A stretch of DNA of 64,000 nt from Hemiscyllium ocellatum (Eukaryota), in NCBI RefSeq assembly GCF_020745735.1, contig NC_083405.1, forward strand, positions 62,586,345 through 62,650,344, given 5' to 3'. This document shows positions 35,711 through 48,650 of the stretch, piece by piece. Below the pieces are notes generated by a model. The model was not told the DNA's origin and searched no databases. It saw only the letters and a program-made list of their open reading frames with translations. Position numbers and translations under genes: made by a program. Each line of letters begins with the position of its first letter. Positions within the stretch are counted from its first letter, which is position 1.

Positions 35711-36845
35711 TGTCTCTCAAAATGGGCATTTCCCTTTGGGTCCTTCTTCCAGAATCACAGAATTGTTAGAGCACAATGGAAGCCATTTGGCCTGCCACGG
35801 CCACATTGTCATAGATGAGGGGACTGAGGGCCTGATTGCTAAACTGGCATGAAAAACATTAACTGATCAATAGTGTGCATTTAAAGATGAGATAGGTAAC
35901 TAAAGAGAACACAAAGTTAAGTAGAAATGTATGTTGTGTAAAGGATATAACAAAGTTGCAGACCAATATAGACAGTTTAAGCAAAGACAAAGATCTGGCA
36001 GAGGAGAGGATAATGTGGGAAAATGTAAGATTGTTCAGTTTGGCAGGATGAATAAAAAGCAGGGTATTACCGGAATGGAGAGCAACTGGAGAATTATGAG
36101 GTGCAGAAGAATCTAGGTGGTCTAGTGCACAAGTCACAAAAAGTTCATAAAAATTAACCAATGTTAAACAGACTGGCATTGTTAGGATAATATTTATCCT
36201 TTTTTAAACAATGTTTGCAATTCCCTTGTCTTCCAGCATCACATCTGATTCTAAACGACTGGACAATTATGGCCGTGCCTTTGCAATTTCCACTCTCACT
36301 TCCCTCAGCATCCTTGGATGCTTCTCATCCAGTCCAGGTGCCACATCAACCTCAAACAAATAACCTATCCAATTAACTTCTCCTCATCATTTTTAAATGT
36401 TTCAAGTCTCCGAGTTACTTTCTATTTACTCAGGTCATGGACAGCAACTTCTTCTTTCGTAAAGCCAATCGTAAAGTCTTCAGTTAACACCTCCATCTGC
36501 CCAGTCTCTCTCTGATTCATAATCGGTCTCCAACCTTTTATTATTTATGTGCTTGTAGAAGACTTCAAGATAGGGTTTGACCTTATGCGAGTATCATTTC
36601 GTACTTTCTCTTCATTTCTCTTATTTTCTTTTCAACTTCCCTTCTGAATATTTTATATCCAGCCTGGTCCTACACGTGCACTGCAGTACCAACTGCAATC
36701 TATATCTGTGACACATGGAACAGAGCAACAAAAAGTGTCATGTAATTATGATATCTTCAATCAGTGTTGCTCACATAAGAGCCTTGGCCTCACTTGAAGG
36801 GACAACCAATGAAGACGTGGCAAACAGTACTGGTCAGAGGCTTAC

Positions 36846-36933
36846 CAGACGATCATGCTAGAGACTAGCAGAATACATATTTCACTCCTGGATGTACATC
36901 TCACTAGAGTGGCAGTAGAATGGACATCACCAG
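36846..36933 (-). other. Candidate 88-nt exon of the - strand transcript
   Basis: Strong acceptor TTTTTTTTTCTCTTCCCAG| and donor CTG|GTAAGC; one open frame (GDVHSTATLVRCTSRSEICILLVSSMIV). Confidence 0.5.
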
Positions 36934-37147
36934 CTGGGAAGAGAAAAAAAAACAACCTGGCAAAGTACTTTTAAGGCCCTTCAAAATGGGACTCAACCTG
37001 AACTGTTTGCAATGTATTGGGACCTGTGGCAAAGTCTTGTTATCCAATGTTCTGAGCAAGGCTGAGTTTACTAAGTAAGTGAATGACGGTTGTATTATCC
37101 ACCTGACATTCATTAGAAGCACACATATTTCTTTATCTTAACATCTA

Positions 37148-37643
37148 CAGGTAGGTTAGATTAGATTCCCTACAGTGTGGAAACAGGCCCTTCGGCCCAG
37201 CAACTCCACACTGAACCTCTGAAGAGGATCCCATCCAAACCCCTTTCCCTATCCTATATTTACCCCTGACTAATGCACCTAACACTATGGACAATTTTGC
37301 ATGACCAATTCACTTGACCTATACATCTTTGGATTGTGGGAGGCAACCAGAGTACTCAGAGGAAATCCATGGGGAGAATGTGTGAACTCCACGCAGATGG
37401 TCAACCAAGGCAGGAATTGAACCCGGGTCCCTGGCTCTGTGAGGCAGCAGTGCTAGCCACTAAGCTACCCCAATCTTTAACATGATGGTTGCGTCCTTGT
37501 GCAACTCCATGTTATAGAAAAATTGCACTCTAGAAACGGCATTTAAAGTGTTGGCAATGTAATTGCAATACGTATGTTTTAAAAGTTCACACTTTAGAAA
37601 CACTGTCCTCAGTTCAAAACATGCATTATAGCAGAACAACCTG
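37148..37643. mobile_element. Tigger-like MITE split by an HE1 SINE
   Basis: TA|CAGGT... left end and ...AGCAGAACAACCTG|TA right end; SINE interrupts the left TIR. Confidence 0.6.
37153..37471 (-). mobile_element. HE1 SINE
   Basis: Homologous to 8293-8603. Confidence 0.9.
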
Positions 37644-39510
37644 TATCCCATTCATCATACATGAAGTTCTGGACTTGGTGTCCTACCTTTCTGTTCATGG
37701 GAATAAATCTTTCATATATCTAACATATCTTTTAAAACAGTCCATTAATCACCTATTGTTTTTCCTGACAATTTTAATTTATCTGGCCCAGTGTCATTCT
37801 TTTCCATTGAAAAAGTTGACTCTTTTGGGATGGGCAAGAAATGCTGGCCTAACCAGTAACTGCCTCATTTAAAAATGATTTTTTTCCCAGTTAATTATTT
37901 TCAGTTTGGATTTTTTTTCCCTTTTCCAGAGCCAACCTAAATCTCATGCGCAAGGATCACCACCCTCTAAATTTTCCTTTATTGACACTTGATCCACTTC
38001 ACCCACTTCGGTGTCTTCTTTGTCATTGGACTGGGATCATAATGCCATATAAAATTTTCCTGAACACAGTCGAGGAACTCTTGCCAATCTTTGTTCTTTA
38101 AACTATTACTATCCAGTGTATATTCAGATAATTAAAGCTCACCCATTACAGCTTTGCTATATTTCTGCAAAATAACTGTTCTTTGCAAACTTCTTCTTCG
38201 ACATCATTCTAAATTGTTGGTGACACAGAAATATAGTGCACCTTTTTAGTTCCTTAGGTTTAACGAAATGAAATATTTCTTTGATCCCTCTGGTGTGTCC
38301 TCTACCTCCAACACAGCAATATTTTTACAATGTTTAACTAACTTAACATTTTCCATATGTAACTTCTCACAGTTTATATGCTGTGTACTGAACATTCTTC
38401 AACCCATTAATCAAAAATGTTCTCTTGTATACATCAGAAATTGTCTCCCTTAGTTTTATATATTTTCAATGTACATTAAAGTAATCAAGGTCATCTAAAT
38501 ATACTATATTTTTAAAATCTAATATTGAAATTTGACAAATTCTCTCATCTATCACCTTCTTACCATTTGGATTTCTACACAAAACTCCCAATGAGGTAAC
38601 AACTGCCTGTTAGTTCCTGAATTCAAGGCATTTTCTATTCTAGAATCACATGTCACATCCTTTCCAGTTAGAACATTATGTTTAATTAGTATTGCCATAT
38701 CTCATTCTCTTTCCATCTTCTCCATAATGCCAAAATATTTGGTAATCTGAAACATTAAGAACCAATTCCTTACCTCTTTTGAGCCACATCTCTAATGCAA
38801 TCATGTCAGACTCTCATGCAATAATTTGTATTTGCAGCTCACCAACTTCATCAGTTAGACCACAGACATTAAAATAAGTATATTATCTAGTTTTGTGATT
38901 CATACTTTTTTTCCTCAAAACCATCCCTTCAATTTTTGGAATGTTTCTGATTTTATTGCTGTCTGTATCTGTATCCTCTGATTTCAATGCTGCTCTTTCT
39001 TTTCTCCTTTGAAATTAATTTTCCAACAGTCCAAGTAAATTCCTATGCATGTTTTATATGAAATTTCACATGGAATGCCAATATTTTCCTGGGCTCAATG
39101 TATCCAAATTTTGCAAATTAATTTGGTTTAACAAATTAATTTAACTACATAAATTTCTTCCCACTTTTTCTTATATGCTTCCCACTTGGCTTGAGAGAGT
39201 CAAATTACTTTGCTGGACAGTTGCTGGTCAGCACTCCATTATTCATACTATCCAAAACAGTGATATAATTTTTTTAGACGTGGATGACTTACAATTTACT
39301 TTAATTCATTGAATAATACCAGAACTGAAAAGGTTACCAGGACTGATTGATCAGGCCGAGATCGTTTATTCACAAAAGCGAAGACTTCAGGATGATAGAA
39401 GAGTTTAATAAGGTACATGTGGATATTGTTGCTTGCAGGCATGATCAAAGCCATAAATGTAAGATAGCTACCAATAAATTCAGGTAGGAATTCAGGAAAA
39501 ACATCTTTCA

Positions 39511-39776
39511 GGCAGCACAGTGGCTCAGTGGTTAGGTGGTTAGCACTGCTGTATCATAGCATCAGGGCCCCAGGTTCGGTTCCAGTCTAGGGCAACTGTC
39601 TGTATAGAGTTTGCACATTCTCCTTGTGTCGGTGAGTTTCACCTCCGGGTGCTCCAGTTTCGCTCTGCAGTCCAAAGATGGTCAGGTGTTAGGTGCATTA
39701 GTCAGAGGCGGGGTGTGTCCGGGTGGATTACTCTTTGGAGGGTCAGTGAGCACTTGTTGAGCCTAAGGGAATCTAC
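39511..39776 (+). mobile_element. Degenerate HE1 SINE
   Basis: GGCAGCACAGTGGCTCAGTGG head and V-domain. Confidence 0.85.
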
Positions 39777-40088
39777 AGTGGTTAAAATATGGAACTTGAG
39801 CGATGAATAGCACAGATGAACTCAAGGGGCAAATAGTTAGTAGGTGAGGGAAAAAGTTGTTGACGAGGGCTGAGGAGACTTGCACGCAGCATTGACACTG
39901 GCATATAGATATTTTCTCATCAACCTATTCAGAGATATCATTACACACCTCTGGAGCTGGTGAAACTTGAACCCAGGCCTCCAGGCTTACACTAAGGATA
40001 CTATCACTGTACCACAAGAGGCCTCCTAATATTGGCATTGATAGTTATTTTAGTAAACCTGTTACGGCACATCTCCTGATTGTGAACC

Positions 40089-40695
40089 TGTGATAAAGCT
40101 GCTCCTTTAACAAGGTTGTATTGTCCTTGGATTTTTTCCAGAGAGGTCATAAAAGACACATTCTGAAAAATCTGGTGTTGAAGGGTTTCCGGGCAAATTT
40201 GTTTATAGCTGACAGATACTGCCGCAGACGGAATGCTTTCAAGTTTAAAAACACTTGTACAATGAAAGGGGAGCAGCCAATTCTTCCAGCTCAGTTTTTC
40301 TCTGGTTTGGTTTGGTTTTAAACAGTGTGTGGAAAAGGCTGCTGAACCCAAATAAGCAGGTCTAGGCTGGCACTCTCTTTCTGGCTTCTAAGAACCTATG
40401 TTTGATTTTACCTTGTGTGCCAAGGGGTGTTTATGGGGATTGTTGCAAGTGTCGGGCACAGCATCAAGTTCGGATGATCTGTTGGGCTTTCAGAGAGGTT
40501 ATGTTATTCTGTATTTTGTTTTCTGTTGTTTGTGTTTCAGCCAGTAATCTTGTAAATAAATTCTGTTCTGTTTAAAACTAAGTGGTTTGACCAGCAGCAT
40601 TTCTGCTGGATTATCTGCTTTGCACCTGCTTAAAACAACTAGCAATGTTAGGCTCTGGGCTATCTTCTTGAAATGTTTTCAGGGGTCTGGCCTTC
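40089..40695 (+). mobile_element. Solo LTR-like repeat
   Basis: Starts TGT; AATAAA near 40555; homologous to 15600-16222. Confidence 0.65.
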
Positions 40696-40909
40696 TGGTC
40701 CAGAGGTAATGATACTACCACAACACCACAAACCTCCACTGGCACGGCCAAATGGCCTGTAGCTACATAAACACATGGCAATCATTTTGTACAACAAAGT
40801 GGCGATATTGTCATGATTGCACTTTAATGTCCCAGCTGGATTATACATGCACTTCAGGTACATATTAGACAAATCCATATCTACATTGCTGTTGAGACTT
40901 TAGTAATAC

Positions 40910-41114
40910 CTTTGGTCTCTCAATCAAAAGTGGATCCTGTAAACAGACCTTTGTCCTCAAATTGGGCTTTGCTTGGGTTTTAGTTATCCCAATGAAGTAA
41001 TTGACTTGTGGGATATAACAGTCTTCGTCATGCCAGCAATATTTCTTCAAAAATGACATGTAACCAAACATACATTGCAGAGGTTTAAAGACTAAAGCTA
41101 ATAACTTTTTACAC
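40910..41114 (-). other. Candidate 205-nt exon (possibly coding) of the - strand transcript
   Basis: Acceptor CTTTGTTTACTTTTTCCAG|, donor AAG|GTATTA; open frame CKKLLALVFKPLQ...LLIERPK; phase fits the donor at 48543; protein not recognised. Confidence 0.35.
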
Positions 41115-42604
41115 CTGGAAAAAGTAAACAAAGAAGTCACAAATTATTTGTCTCTCCATGCCATTAATTGTCTGCAGCTAACTGGATTTCATCAATTTCA
41201 TTGTAACCTGGTGTTTGGAAGTACATATGAACAGCCCAAAGCCATTCGCCCTTCTTTGCCATGAAAATATGTGCTCACTATTCCATATTTCCCCTCCACA
41301 GCATTGACTAGATTTGCAAGGGATTGTACCATCTTTTGTTGCTGCATCTTCCCAAAACATTGTATATCTTCAGTTATGTGAAATCAAACCCATGTTACCT
41401 ACTTCATCTTTTTTATATCAACAAAAGTCATTTGAATACATAAATACTGCACGTGAATCATGTACGGTTTACGGTTCTTCTCAAGAAAAAGACAGTTCAA
41501 ATTTAGAAACAAACAGATAGGAATGAAACATAAAAACTGGATGTAAATGGAAAGGACTCTGGCTTATCATGCTATCCTTTGGGTGAGCAAGTAGTTAGAA
41601 GATATAGTTGTTTCCAGTGTGTGCAGCAGCAAAGCGGTGGGGAATGGGCATCATGGTGATGTCAGCGGAGAAAGCAGCATCTGCGGTCAGCATTGGAATC
41701 AGAGATGTTGGGCTTCAGCTACAGCGATGTAGCAGGCCCAAATAGTACTCCTGGAGTGCACTGTGATGCAGGGGTGTTGGTGGACTCAGAGTCCATTGTA
41801 GAAAGCCCGACTAATGTCAGGCAGAGCATAAGAGGAGAAGATGATGAACTCCGGTTTTGCTTATATTTAAGTCTTACATCTTAACTTCAGTCTTCTATCT
41901 TAATATCTTCACTAAGTCAAAATGGCTTCAGAGCATGGTGACATATTACGCTTGTATTTAACAGATAAATACAGAGACAAGTGACAATGAATCATTCTAT
42001 TCAATTCAATGTTGTAGTTAGTAGCTGACAAATAAAGAGGAAGTCCATTCAGGTTTTTTTAGTAATTAAAATTAGAGTGTTGGGCATCGAAAAAGTAAAA
42101 TAACTGGGAAAATAATTCGATTGGCGAAGTACAAAGAGTTAACAAAGGGAGTAAGAAAAAATTTTCTATGAATAACATATTCTCCTTAACATATATCCCA
42201 AATGGAACTTATAGATATTGGTGGCTCATTGCTCTGCAATACAAGTTTTGCTCCCAACTACTTTTCACATGAATGGAGAAATAGAAACAAGTTAAAGTTA
42301 TGGCAAGAGACACAAATGAGAGAAGAAAAGGAGGCAAGATAAAGAACCAGCTAGGCAGAGGAAAAATACACAACAGCGTGACTATTACTTCTGACTTATC
42401 ATGTAATGATATGGAATGTTGACTTTGAATATATTCAAATGCTGGCTTTGACGTGTTCTTGGAAGCATCTCTCTTACTTTCTAAAAACTCATTCTTTCCC
42501 CATCACTTCTATTTGTAATTCTTCTGGTCACTTTAACACTCTCTTTATTTGAAGATGTATTTTTTAAATTCACTTTTTATTCACCCAGTTTTCCTACATG
42601 ACTT

Positions 42605-44392
42605 ATTTTTTAATTCACTCATAGGATGTGGGCATTACTTAGTCCAGCATTTCTTGCCCATCTCTATTTGCCCTTGAGAAAGTGGTGGTGAGCTGCCTTC
42701 TTATTACTGCTGCAGTCCAAATGCTATCGGTAGATTCACAATGCCTTTAGGGACCAAATTCCAGAATTTTGACCCAGCGACAGGGAGATCAATATATTTC
42801 CATGTCAGGATGATGAGTGGCTTACAGGAAAACTTGCAAGTGGTAGTGTTCCCATGTACCTGCTACCCTTGTCCTTCTAAATGGAAGTGGACATGGGCTG
42901 CACTCATCCAGGCAATTGATGAGTATTCTGTCAGACTTGTGCATTGTAGATGGTGAACAGGCTTTGGGAAGTCAAGAGGTGACTTACTCGCTGCTGCATT
43001 CCAAGCCTCTGACCTGCTCTCGTAGATACTGTGTTTACGTGGCAAGTCCAGTTCAGTTTCTAGTCAATGGTAACCCCAGGATGCAGATAATAGGGGATTC
43101 AGTGTTGGTAATACAAATGAATGCCAAGGAGCAGTAGATAGATTATCTCTTATTGGAGATGGTCATTGTCTGGCATTTGCTGGCACGAATGTTGCCTGAA
43201 TATTGTCCATCTCATGGTACATTTGGACATGGACTGCTTCAATATCAAAGGTGCCATGAATAGTCCTGAACACTGTAATCATCAGCAAACATCCCCACAT
43301 CTAACGTTAATAATAGAGAAGGTCATTGAAGTAGTAGGTGAAGATGGTTGGGTCTAGGGCATTACACGAAGGCACTCCTGCACAGATGTCCTGAAGCAGA
43401 AATGACTACCTCCAACCATCTTGTGTGTCAGGTATGATTCCAACCGGTGGAGAGTTTTCTCTCAATTCCTACCGAATCCAGTTTTGCTCGGGCTCATTGG
43501 TGCAACATGCAGTTAAATGTGCTTTGATATCAAGGGCTATCACTATCCCACCTCTGGAATTCAGTTTTTGTCAATGTTTGAATCAAAACTGTAATGAGGT
43601 CAGAAGCCAAATGATCCTGCAGGACCCAAACTGGGTATCACTAAGCGGCACGGTGGCACGGTGGGCGGCACGGTGGCACAGTGGTTAGCACTGCTGCCTC
43701 ACAGCGCCTGTAGACCCGGGTTCAATTCCCGACTCAGGCGACTGACTGTGTGGAGTTTGCACGTTCTCCCCGTGTCTGCGTGGGTTTCCTCCGGGTGCTC
43801 CGGTTTCCTCCCACAGTCCAAAGATGTGCGGGTCAGGTGAATTGGCCAAGCTAAATTGCCCGTAGTGTTAGGTAAGGGGTAAATGTAGGGGTATGGGTGG
43901 GTTGCGCTTCGGCGGGTCGGTGTGGACTTGTTGGGCCGAAGGGCCTGTTTCCACACTGTAAGTCTAATCTAATCTATCTAAGCAGCTAAATAGTAAGCAG
44001 GTGCTGCTTGACAGCACTGTTAATGATACCTTTCAACACTGTGCTGATGATCAAGACTGTACTGATGGGACAGTAGTTAGTTTGGTTGGATTTGTCCAGC
44101 TTTTTGCGCACAAGACATAGCTGGGCAATTTTCCATAATGCTGGGTAGATGCCAGAGTTATAGCTGTACTGGAACAGTTTGGCTTGGGGAGCAGCAAATT
44201 CTGAAGCACACGTCTTCAGAATTATGTCAGGGACCATGATCTTGACAATATTCTGTGTCTTCAACTGTTTCTTGAGATCATGTACAGTGAATCAAATTGA
44301 CTGATGACTTGCACCTGTGATGCTGGACATCTCTGGAGGAGGCAGAGGTATTTGATCTACTTGCACTTCTGACTGAAGATTGTTGTAAATGC
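42605..44392 (-). mobile_element. Second copy of the tRNA-headed LINE family (5'-truncated, RT core retained)
   Basis: LWKIAQLCLVRKK..NYCPIS (ORF 43986..44264), GMFADD near 43285, same 3' tail as 33700-33770. Confidence 0.85.
43647..43977 (+). mobile_element. Very young HE1 SINE with duplicated 5' end
   Basis: CpG-rich; TSD CTAAGC (43641-43646, 43978-43983); near-identical to 8293-8603. Confidence 0.97.
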
Positions 44393-44558
44393 TGTGGCGA
44401 TGCTGCTCCTTTGTTATTCTGCCCTTGTTCTTTTTGAAAGGCGGCATAAATGCAGAAGGTTCCAATGTATCTGCTTTAGATGGGATTTAGGAACAATTTG
44501 AATAGCTAACAGATACTGCTTTAGGAAAAAAGGCTTTCAAGTTTTGATAAAAACACTT
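44393..44558 (+). mobile_element. 5' part of the solo LTR family
   Basis: TGTGGCGATGCTGCTCCTTT...ACAGATACTGC...AAACACTTG, homologous to 40089-40260. Confidence 0.6.
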
Positions 44559-44559
44559 G

Positions 44560-45268
44560 GTGAGTTTTGAGAAGATTCATCGCTCAGGTTGAGGTTCTGG
44601 ATGTAGGGTTGCTCGCTGAACTGGAAGGTTAGTTTTCAGACATTGTATCACCATACTAGGTAACATCATCAGTGAGCCTCTGGATGAAGCAATGGTGGCA
44701 TGGCGCACTTTCTATATATGTGTTTGGGTTGCCAAGGGCTGGTGATGTCATTTCCTGTACGTTTTCTCAGGGGGTGGTAAATGGGATCCAAGTCAATGTG
44801 TTTGTTGATAGAGTTCAGGTTGGAATGCCATGCTTCTACAAATTCTCGTGTGTCTTTGTTTGGCTTGTCCTAGGATGGACGTATTGCCCCAGTCGAAGTG
44901 GTGCCCTTCCTCATCTGTATGTGAGGATACTAGTGAGACTGGGTCATGTCTTTTTGTGGCTAGTTGGTGTTCCTGTATCCTGGTGGTTAGTTTTCTGCCT
45001 GTTTGCCCAATGTAGTGTTTGTTACAGTCCTTGCACAGTATTTTGTAAATGACATTAGTTTTGCTCGTTATCTGTATAGGGTTTTTCAAGTTCATTAGCT
45101 GCTCTTTTAGTGTGTGGTGGGTTTATGGGCTACCATGATGCTAAGGGGTCTGAGTAGTCTGGCAGTCATTCCTAAAATGTCTTTGATGTAGGGGAGAGTG
45201 GCTAGGGTTTCTGGATGTGTTTTCTCTGCTTGTTTGGGTTTGTTGCTGAGAAATCGGTGGACTGTGTG
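44560..45268 (-). mobile_element. Penelope-like element 3' end: GIY-YIG endonuclease plus pseudo-LTR with hammerhead remnant
   Basis: ORF 44793..45095: NVIYKILCKDCNKHYIGQTGRKLTTRIQEH; TCA-CTGATGA-T-GTTACC..GGTGAT-ACAAT-GTC-TGA at 44636-44675. Confidence 0.92.
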
Positions 45269-46934
45269 GGGGAAACTATTTTTAAGGTGACAGGAGAATA
45301 TTTATATAAGATATTAGGGGCAACTTTTTTTTTTACAGAGAGTAGTTGCATGTGGACTGAATTGAGAAATGGTGAATGTAGGTCCACCCAAACATTTAAA
45401 AGCCAGTTGGATAAGTACCAGTCCTTGAACAGGAAAGATTTGGAGGAATTTCCATGCTGTATGACTCTACAAACAAAAGTCAAATACAAAAGTAAAACAT
45501 GGCAGATACTGGAAGTCTAAGATGAAATTAGAAAATGCTTGAAAGGTTCAGCAGGTCTGACAAAAATGTTGCAGCAAAAAAACAAACAATTAAGTTTCAC
45601 ATTAATGATCTATCATCAGTATTCTGTTGAAAAGTTGTCAGCTTGAAACATTAACTGTTTCTCTCTTCACAGGTATCACCACAGCTGTTAAGTGCTCCGA
45701 ACAAAATTTAAAGTAAGGAACCTACATGCACCTCCAGATTCAGAGTTCAGATAGTTATTCCCCATTGTGTAATCCTCCAAAATATCTAAACTCGGGCAGA
45801 CCCCATGTTGCACTGTCTAGTTAATGCATCATAATGCAATGATCGGTATTGGAGTAGATCAATATGGCAGCCAATGCATCGCTCAATGAGTTGTCCAATA
45901 TCTAAAGGCTTAGAGGTGATAAATGGCTTTGAGGTAAGCAGTTGCCAGGAACAGGCTTAACCTCTTTTAATGTTAAATATTGGTGCAGTAGGGATTGTAC
46001 GTTTAGTCAGATTTTCCTTCAGTATTTTCAATGTTTTGACTGGAGATGGGAAGAACTACCTAAGAGATTTATTCTCTCTTAAATCTATTACAAATTGTAA
46101 TGACTCAAATTATTCTAAGACTACACGTCAAAAAGATTCTACTCGTTAACCTTTAGAGTACTTTATTCCCCTAAAGATGTACACAATACAAAAATATCGA
46201 AGATCTGATAATGGTTCTACAGCTTAAACATGAATCTACAATATTCTTTATTTTCCAGATGTTAAACGGCAATTTCATTAAGTTCAATATCTATGAAAAG
46301 ACTTTTCAGATGGCAGGGTTTCCTACCCTGTCACTCAAGGTTTCAGCAGGAATCACAGCAACCTTACAGCTATTTGATACTTTGCAGTATTCCATTTGTC
46401 ACTCTGACGAAAATCCTACCTCAGAGAGCTGCCTGCCTATGTGACTGGCTAACAGCTCTGTGGTGACTAGGACTGTGAATATTAGTTGTTCCCAAATTTT
46501 AAGCCCCATAGTCCAGGACTAGCTAAGCACAGAGGTCTCACAATGGGGTGGAGAGGTGAGAACTAGGGATATTAATCTTGATGGTGAAGCTGGAAAGGAA
46601 GGAGATTCTGTTAGGTAGCTGATGAAGAAAGGTGCCTGTGAGAGAGTAACCCAATCCTCTTTGTAGGCCCAAGGCCTGAACAGGGTATCATGCCACTTCC
46701 CCCCCACACCCCCCCCCCCACACCCCACCCTAGCCTGCCCCAAACTCCTCCCACAGTGTCAAATATTTAGGGGGGGGGGGTACAGGGCCTCAATTGGGGT
46801 TAAAGTGAGGAGGTGTGTCTCGGTCTCTCCCACCACTATAAAATTGCAGACAGGGTCAGGGTGTGCAGGATGGTCACCTGGGAACTTTTATGGGCCCTGC
46901 TGCCTGCAAGCACACCCCTGGGGACTGTAAACTT

Positions 46935-48391
46935 ATAAATAATAATTGAGAAAACTGTGGATGCCGTTACTCATCCCTGTGCCTAAGACAACTCATGCAG
47001 CATGTCTCGATGACTACCGCCCCAGTGGCCCCAACTTCGGTGGTCATGAAGTGCTTTGAAAGGCTGGTCATGGCATTAATCAACTCCAGCCTCCCCACTA
47101 CTCTTGGCCCACTCCAACTTGCCTATCAGACCAACAGATCCACATCAGATGCCATATCACATGCCCTTCACTCTTCCCTAGGATATTTTGACACCAAGAA
47201 CAGCTACGTAAGAATCATACTCATTGACTACAGTTCAGCCTTCAACACTATTATCCCCTCGAGACTGAATACTAAACTTAGTGATCTCGGACTAAGCCCC
47301 ACACTCTGCAACTGGATCCTCAGTTTCCTGACCCACAGGTCACAATTAGTGAAGATTGCGGACAATATTTCATCCTCACTAATATTCAACACTGGAGCCC
47401 CCCCCCCAGGGGTGCTTACTCAGCCCCCTACTGTACTGACTGTATATCCATGACTGTGTCGCCAAATATCAGACAATTTCGCTGATGACACCCCCACAGT
47501 CGATCAAATCTCAGACGGCTACAAAACAGACTACAGATCGGAGGTGGAAGACCTGAAAACATGGTGCACTGAGAACAACCTAGCTCTCAATGCTGGCAAA
47601 ACCAAGGAACTCATTATTGACTTTCAGCAGGATGTTACTCATGCCCCCCTACACATTAACAGCACAGAGGTGGAGCAAGTGGAGAGTTCAAGCTCCTGGG
47701 AGTGGTCTTGGACTCTTCATGTGGACGCACTGATTAAAAAGGCCCAACAGGGTTTCTTCTTCCTCAGGCAGATGAGGAAACTTGGAATGACAGCAAATAC
47801 CCTTGCCAACTTTTATAGGTGCACCATCGAGAGCATGCTGTCTGGATGTATCACTAGCTGATATGGCAACTGTACCATTTAAGATCAGAGACGTTTACAG
47901 AGGGTGGTGAACTTGGCCCGGACAATCACAAAGGTCAATCTCTTATCTACAGAATCCATCTACCAGGCCTGCTGTTAAGGAAAGGCCGCCAGCATTCTCA
48001 AAGATCCATCCCACCCTGGCAATGTTTTTTCTACAACCTCTACCATCAGAGAGAAGGTATAGAAGGCTGAACTCACACACCAGCCGGTTTTGAAACAGTT
48101 TCTACACCACTGTTGTTAGAATACGGAATGGACTCACAAACGCTTAACATTCGCCTGTACCTGTGTTTTTGTTTATGTCTCTGTTACCCATTATAAACTT
48201 AACTATGCTACTTAACTATGTGATCTGCCTGTATTACTTGCAAGACAAAGCTTTTCACTGTGCCTCGGTACACGTGACAATAAATTCAATCAGAAACAAA
48301 ACAGACATTGCTAGAAAAGCTTAGCAGGTCTGGCAGCATCCGTGGAGGAAAATCAGAATTAACATTTCTGGTCAAGTGACCCTTCCTTAGA
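46935..48391. mobile_element. PLE-derived family B repeat split by a Rex1 insertion
   Basis: AACTGTGGATGC (left) and AATCAGAAACAAAACAG...GACCCTTCCTTAGA (right); 11-bp TSD ACTGTAAACTT (46924-46934, 48392-48402). Confidence 0.7.
46965..48290 (+). mobile_element. Rex1/Babar LINE, 5'-truncated
   Basis: TSVVMKCFERLV, NRSTSDAI, IDYSSAFNTIIP, FADDT, LNAGKTKELIIDF, FYRCTIES; tail CTTTTCACTGTGCCTCGGTACACGTGACAATAAA. Confidence 0.93.
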
Positions 48392-48542
48392 ACTGTAAAC
48401 TTCGAAATGTGATGTTCAGTAAGACAGAATGAAAATGACTCTCAGTTATGTTCATAGTCTTCTTTGAAGCACTTAAGCAAGAGCATATGCATTATACAGG
48501 TGATGTACTAAAAGTACAAGTAGAGGCAAATGATGGACTTAC

Positions 48543-48650
48543 CATGATTGGTAGACTTTGCCTTTTGCTCCCTGTCCAACTGAAAACATTTGCAGCTTTG
48601 ATATTTGCACGCAAGACATCATTAATTATCTCTTAAACGACTCATTTCTT
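48543..48650 (-). other. Candidate 5' exon of the - strand transcript
   Basis: Donor ATG|GTAAGT; acceptor CTTTCTCCTTTCAG| (alternatives near 48706 and 48726); upstream stops in all frames. Confidence 0.5.
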
